64,000 bases of DNA from Candidatus Latescibacterota bacterium (GTDB taxonomy: Bacteria > Latescibacterota > UBA2968 > GCA-2709665), in NCBI GenBank assembly GCA_965237675.1, contig OZ250150.1:1760001-1824000 (forward strand). Direction: 5' to 3'. The notes beneath the pieces are model-generated. The model worked only from the letters and a program-made list of their open reading frames with translations, did no database searches and was not told where the DNA came from. Position 1 is the stretch's first letter. The number at the start of each line of letters is the position of its first letter. The position numbers and the translations under genes were made by a program. This document shows positions 33,941-43,576 of this stretch, piece after piece.

Positions 33941-35002
33941 TTAAGAGATCACGTGTGCAACTGGTCGATACGGGACCGCGGGCTCCATCAGAAATGACGA
34001 TGCCACTGTCTCCCCAAACTTGCCGAGGGCTGCTCTTGCAGCATCTGGCAGCACGGTCACCGCACCACTCCAATCGTCGAGACGGATTTTCTTGGCAGGC
34101 ATAGGCGTATCAACTCTGATAATCTTATCTCTGCCAATCAGAAGTCCAGCCTGACCAAGAGCGTTGAGAGACTGGAGACGCATGGCGGCATATATGATAT
34201 CATGCCAAGCCCATAGCCCACCTTTAATCTTCGATTTTCCGACCAAATATCGGTCATCCCCGCAGCCCAAGCTCAAGATACTGATTTGCTCACGTCGTAC
34301 AGAAAAGCACGATAATGCATCAACTAACGCTACCATTATGGGGTTGTTTGCCCAGACACCTCCATCAACAAAAGCATAGCCGCGGTCTTCTAGTGGACGA
34401 AAGAATACAGGCGCGGCCGATGTCGCTGCGGCAACTTTCGTCATTAACTCAGCAGAGTCATTTTTAAAATCGGGGTGATGGGGTGTTTTGAATATGTAGA
34501 CTTCACCGTATCGGCCGTCGAAGGATGGTATACAAAGGCGTGTTTGCGCCTCACCGAATTTTCGGCTTCCGAAAGTGTCGCACAGAATTCGCATGAGTGC
34601 TTCGCGGTCGTAGCGGTATTTGAAGAGACAGCCCACGTATCTAAAGGCGCGTTCTAACCAGCCAGCCGGGTTGTTTGGAATTGGAGGGAATATTTCACAT
34701 CCGCGTTCAACATACAGGTCTCGAAGGTCGGCCGCTGTAAGTCCAGCAGCGAGCCCGAGGGCAATAATACCACCAGTCGAGGTTCCTGCGACCAGGTCGA
34801 AATATCCGGCGATTGAGTCCCCGCCGAGATAGCGTTCCTCAAGTCCTGCCAGGAATGTAGCGGGGAAGATTCCACGTATACCACCCCCGTCAATGGCAAG
34901 AATGCGAAACTCCCTGTCTTTCGGCCATGAAAGTCGGGGTCGACGGTGCTCAAGCGTGCCAGATGATCTTTTTTCGGGTGATTCCGCGTTGATATTTGAC
35001 AT
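33941..35002 (-). CDS. capV: Patatin-like phospholipase, CBASS effector (CapV-like)
   Basis: 'IDGGGIRG', 'GTSTG', 'DGGVWANNP'; last gene of the CD-NTase operon. Confidence 0.88.
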   Translation of the reverse strand: MSNINAESPEKRSSGTLEHRRPRLSWPKDREFRILAIDGGGIRGIFPATFLAGLEERYLGGDSIAGYFDLVAGTSTGGIIALGLAAGLTAADLRDLYVERGCEIFPPIPNNPAGWLERAFRYVGCLFKYRYDREALMRILCDTFGSRKFGEAQTRLCIPSFDGRYGEVYIFKTPHHPDFKNDSAELMTKVAAATSAAPVFFRPLEDRGYAFVDGGVWANNPIMVALVDALSCFSVRREQISILSLGCGDDRYLVGKSKIKGGLWAWHDIIYAAMRLQSLNALGQAGLLIGRDKIIRVDTPMPAKKIRLDDWSGAVTVLPDAARAALGKFGETVASSFLMEPAVPYRPVAHVIS

Positions 35003-35010
35003 TTTTGGAT

Positions 35011-35463
35011 CTAACTACCTTCGGGATGGCGACCACCACCCATCCATTTGCCGGTTGCAAGCCAGCCCTCGTAGCAGGCCAGCCAATCTATCGTCCAGGG
35101 AACGATTGTATGGGCGACTGATTGTCGAGGGGTCCATTCACGACCATCTGGATAATAAAGGCAGAGAAAGGGCATCTCAGGGCATTCTTGGTTTTGATAT
35201 TTGTGCGGGATGGGTTCGCAGGGATTTTCTTTACGTCGGCGCAATAGCGGCTCAACTACGGTCACGCACGGAATCCCCGGCGTTTTGAGAGGTCCATTCT
35301 TACTTTTTCGTTGACGACGGAGGCAGACCTGAACAACATATGCTTGTTCGAATGGTGTGAGGCGTCCTTCCCAGCATATTTTCCAATGGCCTCGTTTAAG
35401 TACCCGAAAATCCGGCCATGAACGCCGCATGTCTTGGGCCTGTTGCCAAATCGACAGTGCCAT
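35011..35463 (-). CDS. Prokaryotic E2 (ubiquitin-conjugating-like) protein of short type II CBASS
   Basis: 'WEGRLTP', 'PHKY', catalytic Cys 'LCLYYP', 'W...TIVPW..WL..YE.WL.TGKW.GGG.H'. Confidence 0.85.
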   Translation of the reverse strand: MALSIWQQAQDMRRSWPDFRVLKRGHWKICWEGRLTPFEQAYVVQVCLRRQRKSKNGPLKTPGIPCVTVVEPLLRRRKENPCEPIPHKYQNQECPEMPFLCLYYPDGREWTPRQSVAHTIVPWTIDWLACYEGWLATGKWMGGGRHPEGS

Positions 35464-36711
35464 TTAAATGGGCTCCTCTTCGCCATAAAAGGTATGCTTT
35501 CGGGTTTTTCGGGAGTATCGGGGTGTGGCATCCGAAAGGCTTACTGGAACGACTAACCGGCCGGTCCCAGTAAGGTGTCGGCTCTCACCCGTTCGAATTC
35601 GATCACCCGCCCGCTCACTGAATGCCCGGAATGCATCCATCGCTGGCGTTTCGCCGAACAGTCCCGCCATAACCTCCCTCATTTTGCCAAGGTCAACTCC
35701 CTCCACCAATACCTCAACCTGTTTAACCAGATGTTCGAGATCGCGAATGAAGACGTTTTGGTCTTTCCAAGTTTCCGGCCATCGATCAGTCAAGACATCC
35801 TTATCGCACTCGGGGTTTACGACGCAAATGCGTTGCCCACCGTCTTGCCAACGTTGGAACTCATAAAGTATGTGCTTCGCCTGAAAGAGCAGCTCCTCCG
35901 ACAGGCTTTTGGTATGATTAGCCGCATCGGCTACCAACTTCGCAATCAGTATCGAAGGCGGTCGTCGCCCCGGGCGCGCATCGTATTGTACGTTGCGCCA
36001 ACGTTTTAAGAGCTGAAGCACGATGACGGACTTCGACTTTCGGAATGGGGGTTCTTGTGGCTGGACAGGTTCGCTATCTGCCCTTTCCGCCAGTATCGAC
36101 TGCTCAAAATCGGCCGCACGTCTTTCGAAGACATCGGCGAAATCCTGGTCTGGGGGTGTATTGGCCTTAAACCACTCTGCGAAACCATACGGATTGGCAA
36201 TAATCTTCCTGCTCGGCTCTGCGGGTTCCTCCGGCCGGTCGTGGAAGAGCCAGCTCTCGCGCTCATGAGTTCCCGGTCTGCGAATTAATGGTGTAACATC
36301 GATGTGCATGTCGTCGCTGTAATCAACGGTAACGCATCGAGTTCTTCTCTTTGTCATCCTGTAGTAACGGGAGCCCGGTTTTCCCTTTATCGCTTCGAAC
36401 AGGAGATCTAACGGGATATTGGGCGATATTTGCGATGGCAAATCGAGTTGTGCCACAATGTCAATGTCGAATTCATCGGTCTGGAGTTTCGATGCGATTG
36501 TTGCGCCGACGGCCATTGATCCTTGCGGATAGAACAAATGAACTTTATCCTTGAGCGCACTGTCCTCGCGCTCAATCCATTCGTTTATGGTATTGTATCT
36601 GCCAACGGCCCTATCGTAGTCGGACCGGCTGAGTTGGACGCGAATTGCCACATCGGCCAATAGGATATCCAATGGCTCGGTGAGATGGATTGAATTTGCC
36701 TTGGGGTTCAT
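35464..36711 (-). CDS. cGAS/DncV-like nucleotidyltransferase (CD-NTase, clade G-like)
   Basis: 'YPQGS', 'DEFDIDI', 'HIDVTP', 'QLLKRWR', 'VVNP'; C-terminal 'HTFYG-EEEPI' conjugation tail. Confidence 0.9.
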   Translation of the reverse strand: MNPKANSIHLTEPLDILLADVAIRVQLSRSDYDRAVGRYNTINEWIEREDSALKDKVHLFYPQGSMAVGATIASKLQTDEFDIDIVAQLDLPSQISPNIPLDLLFEAIKGKPGSRYYRMTKRRTRCVTVDYSDDMHIDVTPLIRRPGTHERESWLFHDRPEEPAEPSRKIIANPYGFAEWFKANTPPDQDFADVFERRAADFEQSILAERADSEPVQPQEPPFRKSKSVIVLQLLKRWRNVQYDARPGRRPPSILIAKLVADAANHTKSLSEELLFQAKHILYEFQRWQDGGQRICVVNPECDKDVLTDRWPETWKDQNVFIRDLEHLVKQVEVLVEGVDLGKMREVMAGLFGETPAMDAFRAFSERAGDRIRTGESRHLTGTGRLVVPVSLSDATPRYSRKTRKHTFYGEEEPI

Positions 36712-36992
36712 TGTAAAATCCTTTCATTTATGTGGTCAGTTTCCAAGACAGTGGACTTTCTGGTCATTTGATTTATATATTGTGGAAAAATCAATCAAAT
36801 TGTAAATTTCAGAAACGGCAGTCGCCGAGAGCACCGGAAGCCAATATTTCGTTACTCAGTTTCAGTCCTACCTAATATATTGTGGATCGTGCCGCTACGA
36901 TTCTCAAAACCGACTGCTGCATGAGGAGTTCGAATAGTGGTTTACAAAATTCCAATATATATGAAAGATTGTAAACCGTCAAGGGGGAAATT
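36712..36992. promoter_or_regulatory. AT-rich divergent promoter region between CBASS and the HTH-peptidase regulator, with candidate operators
   Basis: Direct repeat ATATATTGTGGA at 36775 and 36875; inverted repeat GGTTTACAA (36939-36947) / TTGTAAACC (36969-36977); extra TTGTAAA at 36711 and 36800. Confidence 0.55.
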
Positions 36993-38078
36993 ATGGTAGG
37001 GCGAAAACTGAAGATTGCACGGACCGCTGCAGGCCTCTCTCTCCGTGGTCTTGAGGCACGCATTGTAAGTCGGGTGACGGCACAGGCGATCGGCAAGTAC
37101 GAGCGTGGCGCCTCGACGCCAAGCCCAGACGTCCTCACAGCGCTGGCCAACGCCCTATCGGTGCCCGTGGACTACTTGAACGGAGACCAGGAAATCGCAT
37201 TAGAGTCCGTCGAATTTCGGAAGAAGAAGATTACGGGTCGACGCGAGGAGGCGCAGGTCGAAGCGAAAGTAATTCACTTGCTGGAACGCTACCTTGAAGT
37301 AGAGGAGTTTCTCCATCTGACGAGCGTAAACTGGGACAAACCCCGCGCCGCGCCGTATCCTGTCGTCAGCGATCCCTCTGAAGCGGAACGTGCCGCAAAC
37401 AATCTTAGGTTGTATTGGGGCTTGGGGTTTGACCCGATCCCTGATCTTGTAGAGTTGGTCGAAGAACATGGAATTAAGGTCCTTGCAATTGATCTTGGAA
37501 ATATCGACGGCCTTATGGCGCGGGTTCGTCGCCCCGGAAAGCGTCAGGTTCCCGTCCTTGTCGTAAACGACAAGGACGGGGGAGAGCGGCAACGCTTGAC
37601 GATGGCGCATGAACTCGGCCATCTTGTCCTTGACGTCGCAGCAAATATTGACGATGAGAAAGCCGCCTACCGTTTTGGCGGGGCGTTCCTGATGCCCGCC
37701 GAAGCGCTGTGGGGCGCCGTAGGGAAACGACGGACGTCCATCGGATGGAGTGAACTATTTGCTCTAAAGCAGCTATTCGGGGTAAGTGTTCAAGCTCTAA
37801 CCTATCGATGTAAGGATCTCGGCATTATCAGTCTGTCTCTTTTCCGGGTGTTGTTCGGCGAGTTCTCTCGTCAGGGCTGGCGGCGGCCTCCGTATGAAGA
37901 GCCTTATGCGATGCCCGCAGAGGTACCGCAGCGTTTCGAGCGGCTGTGTTACCGCGCCATGGCTGAGGGAGCTATCCCCGTGGCTAGGGCCGCTGAACTG
38001 CTGCAGGTCTCGGTCGCCGAATTGAATCGGTCCATGCTCGAGCCGCCAAGCAAGGAATCTGTCGAAAATCACCATTAA
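36993..38078 (+). CDS. XRE-family HTH fused to ImmA/IrrE metallopeptidase
   Basis: 'LKIARTAAGLSLRGL...AIGKYERG', 'RQRLTMAHELGH' (HExxH), 'AFLMP'. Confidence 0.9.
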   Translation: MVGRKLKIARTAAGLSLRGLEARIVSRVTAQAIGKYERGASTPSPDVLTALANALSVPVDYLNGDQEIALESVEFRKKKITGRREEAQVEAKVIHLLERYLEVEEFLHLTSVNWDKPRAAPYPVVSDPSEAERAANNLRLYWGLGFDPIPDLVELVEEHGIKVLAIDLGNIDGLMARVRRPGKRQVPVLVVNDKDGGERQRLTMAHELGHLVLDVAANIDDEKAAYRFGGAFLMPAEALWGAVGKRRTSIGWSELFALKQLFGVSVQALTYRCKDLGIISLSLFRVLFGEFSRQGWRRPPYEEPYAMPAEVPQRFERLCYRAMAEGAIPVARAAELLQVSVAELNRSMLEPPSKESVENHH

Positions 38079-38167
38079 CGATCTCTTTATGGTATTGTCC
38101 AGTGGTTGCGCATTTTCGTACTGGAAAATCCCGACTGGATGATCTGCCAACTGCCGCGCGCGGAGAC

Positions 38168-38600
38168 ATGTAAATATCCACCATCGGCTTCACTCAGAAA
38201 CCCGCCCGCCGGTTTTTCGACCTTCTTCGACAGTCCGGCGCGAGGCGTGTCGTCGACGTGCGGCTCAACAACGAGTCACAATTGGCCGGTTTTGCGAAGA
38301 AAGGCGACCTGGAGTTTTTTCTGCGCGAACTTTGTGGTATGGAGTACGTTCACGTGCCCGAACTGGCGCCGACGAAGGAGTTGCTGGGCGACTACAGGAA
38401 GCGGCGTTGCAATTGGGCAGCCTACGAGGACCGATTCATCGCGTTGATACGTGAGCTGCGGATCGAGAAGACCGTTTCGAAACAGCTCGTCGCCGACGGA
38501 TGCTTGCTGTACAGCGAAGACAGGCCGCACCGCTGCCATCGACGGCTCGTAGCCGAGTACTTTAAACAGCATTGTGGCAATTTGGAGATCGGCCATCTCC
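38168..38600 (+). pseudogene. Inactivated DUF488 paralogue
   Basis: Colinear with 43577-44014, but codon 2 is TAA (AAA in the intact copy), CLLCSE has become CLLYSE, and the stop codon is lost. Confidence 0.8.
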
Positions 38601-38615
38601 GACAGGAAGCATCGC

Positions 38616-38942
38616 ATGAATATACCTGCCTCCGAATCGTTCATACCGATGATGGTGGATCGCATTGTACAAGGCTTCCAGCCTTCTCGGCTCGTTCTCT
38701 TCGGCTCCCATGCACGGGGCACGGCCACCGAATCAAGCGACGTGGACTTGCTCGTAATTCTGTCCAATGTGTCCGACAAGCGGGATACGGCTATCGAGAT
38801 CCGACGGGCCCTGGGAGATCTCCCGGTTTGCAAGGACATAGTGATAGCGACTCCCGAGGAAGTCACTCGTTGCGGTCATCTTGTTGGGACCGTGTTGCGT
38901 TCAGCACTCCGCGAGGGGCGGGTCATTTATGAACGACCGTGA
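38616..38942 (+). CDS. Minimal nucleotidyltransferase (MNT) antitoxin
   Basis: 'LVLFGSHARG...SDVDLLVI'; adjacent to a HEPN gene. Confidence 0.85.
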   Translation: MNIPASESFIPMMVDRIVQGFQPSRLVLFGSHARGTATESSDVDLLVILSNVSDKRDTAIEIRRALGDLPVCKDIVIATPEEVTRCGHLVGTVLRSALREGRVIYERP

Positions 38943-39322
38943 CATCGTCGATCAAGTTCGCCGATGGCTTCGTTTCGCCCTGGAGGATCTCGACGTCGCG
39001 CAATGCTTGCTGGCGGCGGATGGCTCACAACCTCGCCCAGCAGGCAGCCGAAAAGGCTTTAAAGGCAGCACTGGTACCCGAAGAAACAGACTTTCCGTTA
39101 CGTCACGACCTGGATGCATTGCGTAACCTCCTGCCGGACACTTGGTCGGTCCGGCGCACACACACGGATCTTGCCCAATTGACCCAATGGGCTCTTGAGG
39201 CACGGTATCCAGGCGATTGGCAAGAGGCCACGGAGGCGGATGCTGATCGGGCGGTGTCCCAGGCACGAGGCGTTTGCAACTCGATAGCGGTCGAGTTTAA
39301 GCGGCGCATAAACGCTGCATAG
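38929..39322 (+). pseudogene. HEPN-domain protein, frameshifted
   Basis: N-part 'VRRWLRFALEDLDVAQ' (frame of 38881) and C-part 'AQQAAEKALKA...HDL...ARYPG' (frame of 38939) switch frame near 39030. Confidence 0.8.
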
Positions 39323-39431
39323 GTTTGTCGAAGATGAGCTATACAAGAAAACGAAGTAGGTGCCTCTCTCCCTGATTTCTCTCCATCAACGGCCTCGTCC
39401 AAAGCTGGCCTAAAATCGTGCGACGTGTTGC

Positions 39432-39476
39432 GTAGAGTATCCTGGGAGCGCGGGCGTCTCGCCCGCATGCCTCTAC
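39432..39476. repeat. Single REP copy inside the defence island
   Basis: CTGGGAGCGCGGGCGTCTCGCCCGC flanked by GTAGAG/CTCTAC. Confidence 0.7.
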
Positions 39477-39596
39477 ATCGGCGAAATTATGGCACTATTG
39501 CAAACGCATTCTAAAGTTTTGAAAGTCATCACGAAAATTACTGTATATCCATTTCGTTAACTTGATACTCTCGCCATCGACGAAGGGACTGACGCC

Positions 39597-40775
39597 ATGT
39601 CTGAAGAACGCCATGAAAACCGGCTTCATCTTCCGGATCTGTCGATAACCGGATTTCGAGGTATCGCGTCACTTACGATAGGGAAGTTGGGTCGCGTGAC
39701 GCTGCTGGCGGGAAAGAATGGTGTCGGTAAGACGACCGTTCTGGATGCCGTCCGGGTCTACGCAGCCCGCGGGAACTATGGCGTGTTGTCCGGCTTGCTG
39801 GAGAGCCGCCAAGAGCGGGCTCTCGCTATCTGCGATGATCCCAATCGGCAGAGAAGATTTCTACCTGACTTTGCGGCCCTGTTCCATGGACGGAATGTGT
39901 CGAGGAATGCCTGCATCTCGATCGGGCCCAATATCTGCGAGGATCAACTCAGGATTGAGGAGGAGCCTCTGGACGACCAACAGGTTTCTCAACTCAAGCA
40001 ATCACTCTCTGGCCATTTTGCACACGGCTATCGTCAGGCATTCAAAGTCGTATTTCAAGGCGCTGGACAATTGCTGCCATGGTTTCTCCCCATCCAGGGA
40101 TCGGCGGCGGCCAGAACCGTAGAACGCCATAGCGCTGGCGCGTTCCTTTTCTCATGGGACCTATTGGGCGGAGCTAAGTGGTCGTCCCCAATAGGATGTC
40201 AACCATTGGGACCGGGTGTGTTGAGCAACGAAGAAATGGTACGTTTCTGGAATGCCATTGCGCTGACTGATGATGAGGACCGAGCGATACGGGCCCTGAG
40301 ACTGATTTTCGGGAGCGACCTGGAGCGCGTGGCCGTGATTCGCAACGACGAACCATTTGACAAGGAACATGTTGAGCGAGTGGTCGCAAAGCTCCGGGGC
40401 CAGGCTCGTCCAGTCCCCTTGCAAAGTCTGGGCGATGGGGCACTGCACCTGGCCGCCACTGCCGCGGCGCTGGCCAACAGCCGCGACGGTTTTCTGCTCA
40501 TCGATGAAGCCGAAAACGGTATTCATCATTCCGTTCAAAGGGAGTTCTGGCGGATGGTTCTTATGACGGCACACGAGAATAACGTGCAGGTATTGGCCAC
40601 GACGCACAGCTACGATTGCGTTCGTGGCTTTGCGCAAGCCGTTGATGACTGTGACGGTATCGAAGGGGCGCTTGTGCGTCTTGAACGCGAAGATGGAGGT
40701 CTCCGAGCCGTCGAATATTCGGAGCGTAATATCAGGGAACTAGCTAAGCAACCTGTTGGTGTAGAGGTGAGGTAG
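39597..40775 (+). CDS. ABC-type AAA_21 ATPase
   Basis: 'GKNGVGKT', 'SLGDG', 'LLIDEAENGIH', 'ATTHS'. Confidence 0.9.
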   Translation: MSEERHENRLHLPDLSITGFRGIASLTIGKLGRVTLLAGKNGVGKTTVLDAVRVYAARGNYGVLSGLLESRQERALAICDDPNRQRRFLPDFAALFHGRNVSRNACISIGPNICEDQLRIEEEPLDDQQVSQLKQSLSGHFAHGYRQAFKVVFQGAGQLLPWFLPIQGSAAARTVERHSAGAFLFSWDLLGGAKWSSPIGCQPLGPGVLSNEEMVRFWNAIALTDDEDRAIRALRLIFGSDLERVAVIRNDEPFDKEHVERVVAKLRGQARPVPLQSLGDGALHLAATAAALANSRDGFLLIDEAENGIHHSVQREFWRMVLMTAHENNVQVLATTHSYDCVRGFAQAVDDCDGIEGALVRLEREDGGLRAVEYSERNIRELAKQPVGVEVR

Positions 40776-40779
40776 CTAA

Positions 40780-41382
40780 ATGTCGGGTGATGATCGTGTT
40801 CTACTCGTGGAAGGGCTGGATGACAAGCGTGTCGTCCGGCATCTGGCTGACCGCTTAGAAAAGATGCCGAAGTTCTACATTTCCGATAAGGAAGGAATTG
40901 ATGTCCTTCTCGGGGAAATCGGCCTGGAATTGCGGGTTCCCGGTCGCAGGGCTCTCGGCATTGTCGCAGACGCGAACGAAGACGTAAATGCTCGCTGGAG
41001 CTCTGTGGCCAACCGGCTTCGAGAGGAAGACATCGAGGTGCCTGACTACCCCGGCGCAGAAGGTACCATCATTAATGGATCCCCTCGAGTTGGCATCTGG
41101 TTGATGCCCGACAATTCATCATCAGGCGAACTTGAAGACTTCGTTGCGGAAATGGTTCCAGACGATGATCCAATTTGGCCACGAGCCCGGCGTTACATTG
41201 ACTGCATTCCAGAGGCGGATCGTAAGTTTACTGAGAAAAAGATACAGCGAGCCAGGATCCACGCTTGGCTGGCAGCAAGGGAGGACCCCAGGCTGATGGG
41301 CGCCGCTATCGGCGCACGTGACTTGCACGTGGATGGAGCACTCAGCACAAAATTCATCAAATGGCTGCGGCGGCTGTTTTAA
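40780..41382 (+). CDS. DUF3226 TOPRIM-like putative nuclease
   Basis: 'LLVEGLDD', 'IVADAN', 'WLMPDN...GELEDF', 'ARIHAWLA'. Confidence 0.8.
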   Translation: MSGDDRVLLVEGLDDKRVVRHLADRLEKMPKFYISDKEGIDVLLGEIGLELRVPGRRALGIVADANEDVNARWSSVANRLREEDIEVPDYPGAEGTIINGSPRVGIWLMPDNSSSGELEDFVAEMVPDDDPIWPRARRYIDCIPEADRKFTEKKIQRARIHAWLAAREDPRLMGAAIGARDLHVDGALSTKFIKWLRRLF

Positions 41383-41401
41383 TAATCGGACGGACTACGT
41401 A

Positions 41402-42310
41402 ATGACTCCTTCTGAAAAAATCGCCGCCGACACTTGGGAAAGGCTAAAACTGTCACGTGACCTGAAAGTCCGGCTTGGCGAGGAGACGCTGACCGATCTA
41501 TTCGCTCTGGATTTCGTGCGCTTCATGCCGAATCATATTAAGCTATTTCAATTCAATAAATGTGAGGAGTCGGAGCGAGGTGCCGACTTGGAGGTAAGGA
41601 TTCACGACGTAGACACCCAAGCCGCCATATTGGCAGTACAAGCCAAGAAGCTGTATAAACCCGTGAGGCCACATCAAATCGGGGGGTATTATCGGCTCGA
41701 CGCCAGAGCGAAATCTCAGATGGAAATACTTGAGAAGTACTCTCAAGACGTAGGCGCGATCCCAATTTATATTCTTTACAACTATGTGGAGAGTTGCGAT
41801 GTAAATCGGTATTGGCATTGCTGTGAGAATCTCAATAACAACAAAGGGCAACTGGGTTGTACTATAGTTCCAAGCTGGAATTTTCGTCAAGCGTTCGACG
41901 ATTACAGACGCAAGAACTTCGACTGGATTCATAAATCACCTTGTGCACTTCCGTGGCGTTGCCTTTTTGACTGTACTCAGAGACAAAGCAACCAAGGGGA
42001 GACCGCCGCACGCCGTAGCCTGTCGCTGCTTCAAGCGTCATTCCCATTATCGGATCATCAGACCATGATATCGGCACGCCGACATTCGGACGATAACCGA
42101 AATTACAAATGGATACGCTTTGAACCAGTGGAAGATGCTTGGCCTGAATGGCTTTGGGACCGGCGTCGTACGACGTTGACGGCTGAAGATCGTAGGGAGT
42201 TGTGGGGCGACTTCGGCAAAACCGACATAGAAAGTAAGGTGAAGTTGGATAGACCAACCAGAGGATTGATACCCCGTCGGCTCCTTTTGGTCAAGGAGAA
42301 GACTCGATGA
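41402..42310 (+). CDS. DUF6615-like PD-(D/E)xK putative nuclease
   Basis: 'GEETLTD', 'EESERGADLE', 'AVQAKKL', 'PIYILYN'; start placed at ATG 41402. Confidence 0.65.
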   Translation: MTPSEKIAADTWERLKLSRDLKVRLGEETLTDLFALDFVRFMPNHIKLFQFNKCEESERGADLEVRIHDVDTQAAILAVQAKKLYKPVRPHQIGGYYRLDARAKSQMEILEKYSQDVGAIPIYILYNYVESCDVNRYWHCCENLNNNKGQLGCTIVPSWNFRQAFDDYRRKNFDWIHKSPCALPWRCLFDCTQRQSNQGETAARRSLSLLQASFPLSDHQTMISARRHSDDNRNYKWIRFEPVEDAWPEWLWDRRRTTLTAEDRRELWGDFGKTDIESKVKLDRPTRGLIPRRLLLVKEKTR

Positions 42311-43536
42311 CGGACACGAACCTGGCACGCCGTATCAGGCTCGCAGAGGACTCGAATCTGGAATTCAAGTGTATCGTGTTGTCCGGCGATCGGGTCTCCA
42401 ACCCGCTTCGGAAGGAACTCTCCGATGAGCTTGCCGCCTTCGCTAACAGCCGTGGCGGGACGCTCGTCCTTGGGGTTGACGATGTGACACGTGAGGTCGT
42501 GGGTATCCCCATGGAACACCTTGATGCGGTGGAGCGCTGGGTATGCGAGATCTGCAACGACACGGTGACTCCCCCGCTCGACATGGCGACCCGAAAAATC
42601 GAGTTACCAAATGCCAGTGGCACGCTTGTTCCGGTGGTCCGAATCGATGTTGGCCGCAGCCTGTTTGTCCACAGGAGTGCAGGCGGTTATTTCCGCAGAA
42701 TCGGCAGTTCAAAGCGCGAAATGACGCCGGAAGCACTTGCCCGGCTATTCCAGGACCGGAGCCAGACCCGCGTGATCCGCTTTGACGAATCGCTTGTACC
42801 GCGGACGGAACCCGGCCATTTGGATTATTCATTGACGCGCCGCTTTCTGCGAGACGATTCAGCCGCGGAAGGCGTCAATGAAACCCTCGCACGCAAGCTT
42901 CGCCTCGTCGCCGACGACGATGAGGAAGTTCCACGTCTAACGCTCGCCGCCTTGCTGCTATGTACGCGCAAACCGCAGCAATGGCTTCCCTACGCGCACA
43001 TACAAGCCGTCAGTTATGCGGGTGAGCGTGCCGATGTCAACTATCAGACTGACGCCCGCGCCATCGGAGGTCCACTCGACGCGCAGGTTGAGGATGCGCT
43101 GAATTTCGTAGGTCGAAATATGGTGACACGTGCAGCCAGGACAACGGCCCGGGTCGACCGCCAACGGTTCGGTCAGCGTGCCATGTTCCAGGCGCTGGTC
43201 AATGCGGTAGCACACCGAGATTACTCGATGTACGGTTCGCCGACTCGTCTTCACATTTTCCGCGATCGAATTGAGCTGTATGTCCCCGGCGGACTGGTAA
43301 ATACGCTCTCTCCGGAAAGCCTGCACCTTAGGCAAGCTACCCGGAACGAACTCATCCTGTACCTGTTGACCCGTTGCCGGGCGCCCGCATATGTCGGAAC
43401 GACGCATTTTATACAACGGAGAGGCGATGGCGTGCCCATCATTTTCAACGAGAGCCGGGAGTTATCGGGTCGTCGCCCAGAGTACACCGTGATCGACGAC
43501 AGCGAGTTGCAGCTAACAATATGGGCCGCAGCATAG
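42307..43536 (+). CDS. Schlafen/AlbA_2 domain + RecG-C-terminal (HATPase_c_4)-like protein
   Basis: 'EDSNLEFK', 'AAFANSRGGTLVLGVDD', 'ALVNAVAHRDY', 'PGGL', 'RN'; ATGA overlap with the upstream gene. Confidence 0.85.
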   Translation: MTDTNLARRIRLAEDSNLEFKCIVLSGDRVSNPLRKELSDELAAFANSRGGTLVLGVDDVTREVVGIPMEHLDAVERWVCEICNDTVTPPLDMATRKIELPNASGTLVPVVRIDVGRSLFVHRSAGGYFRRIGSSKREMTPEALARLFQDRSQTRVIRFDESLVPRTEPGHLDYSLTRRFLRDDSAAEGVNETLARKLRLVADDDEEVPRLTLAALLLCTRKPQQWLPYAHIQAVSYAGERADVNYQTDARAIGGPLDAQVEDALNFVGRNMVTRAARTTARVDRQRFGQRAMFQALVNAVAHRDYSMYGSPTRLHIFRDRIELYVPGGLVNTLSPESLHLRQATRNELILYLLTRCRAPAYVGTTHFIQRRGDGVPIIFNESRELSGRRPEYTVIDDSELQLTIWAAA

Positions 43537-43576
43537 TTGGTGGGTTACCGACCAGGAATACTGAAGATAAACCCAC

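Noticed and set aside
38258-38932. 224-aa ORF as a real DUF488 fusion protein
   Set aside because: It is the read-through of the DUF488 pseudogene (N-terminus lost, stop lost) overlapping the MNT gene out of frame.
39541-39556. CTGTATATCCATTTCG as a LexA/SOS box
   Set aside because: Only the left half matches CTGT-N8-ACAG.
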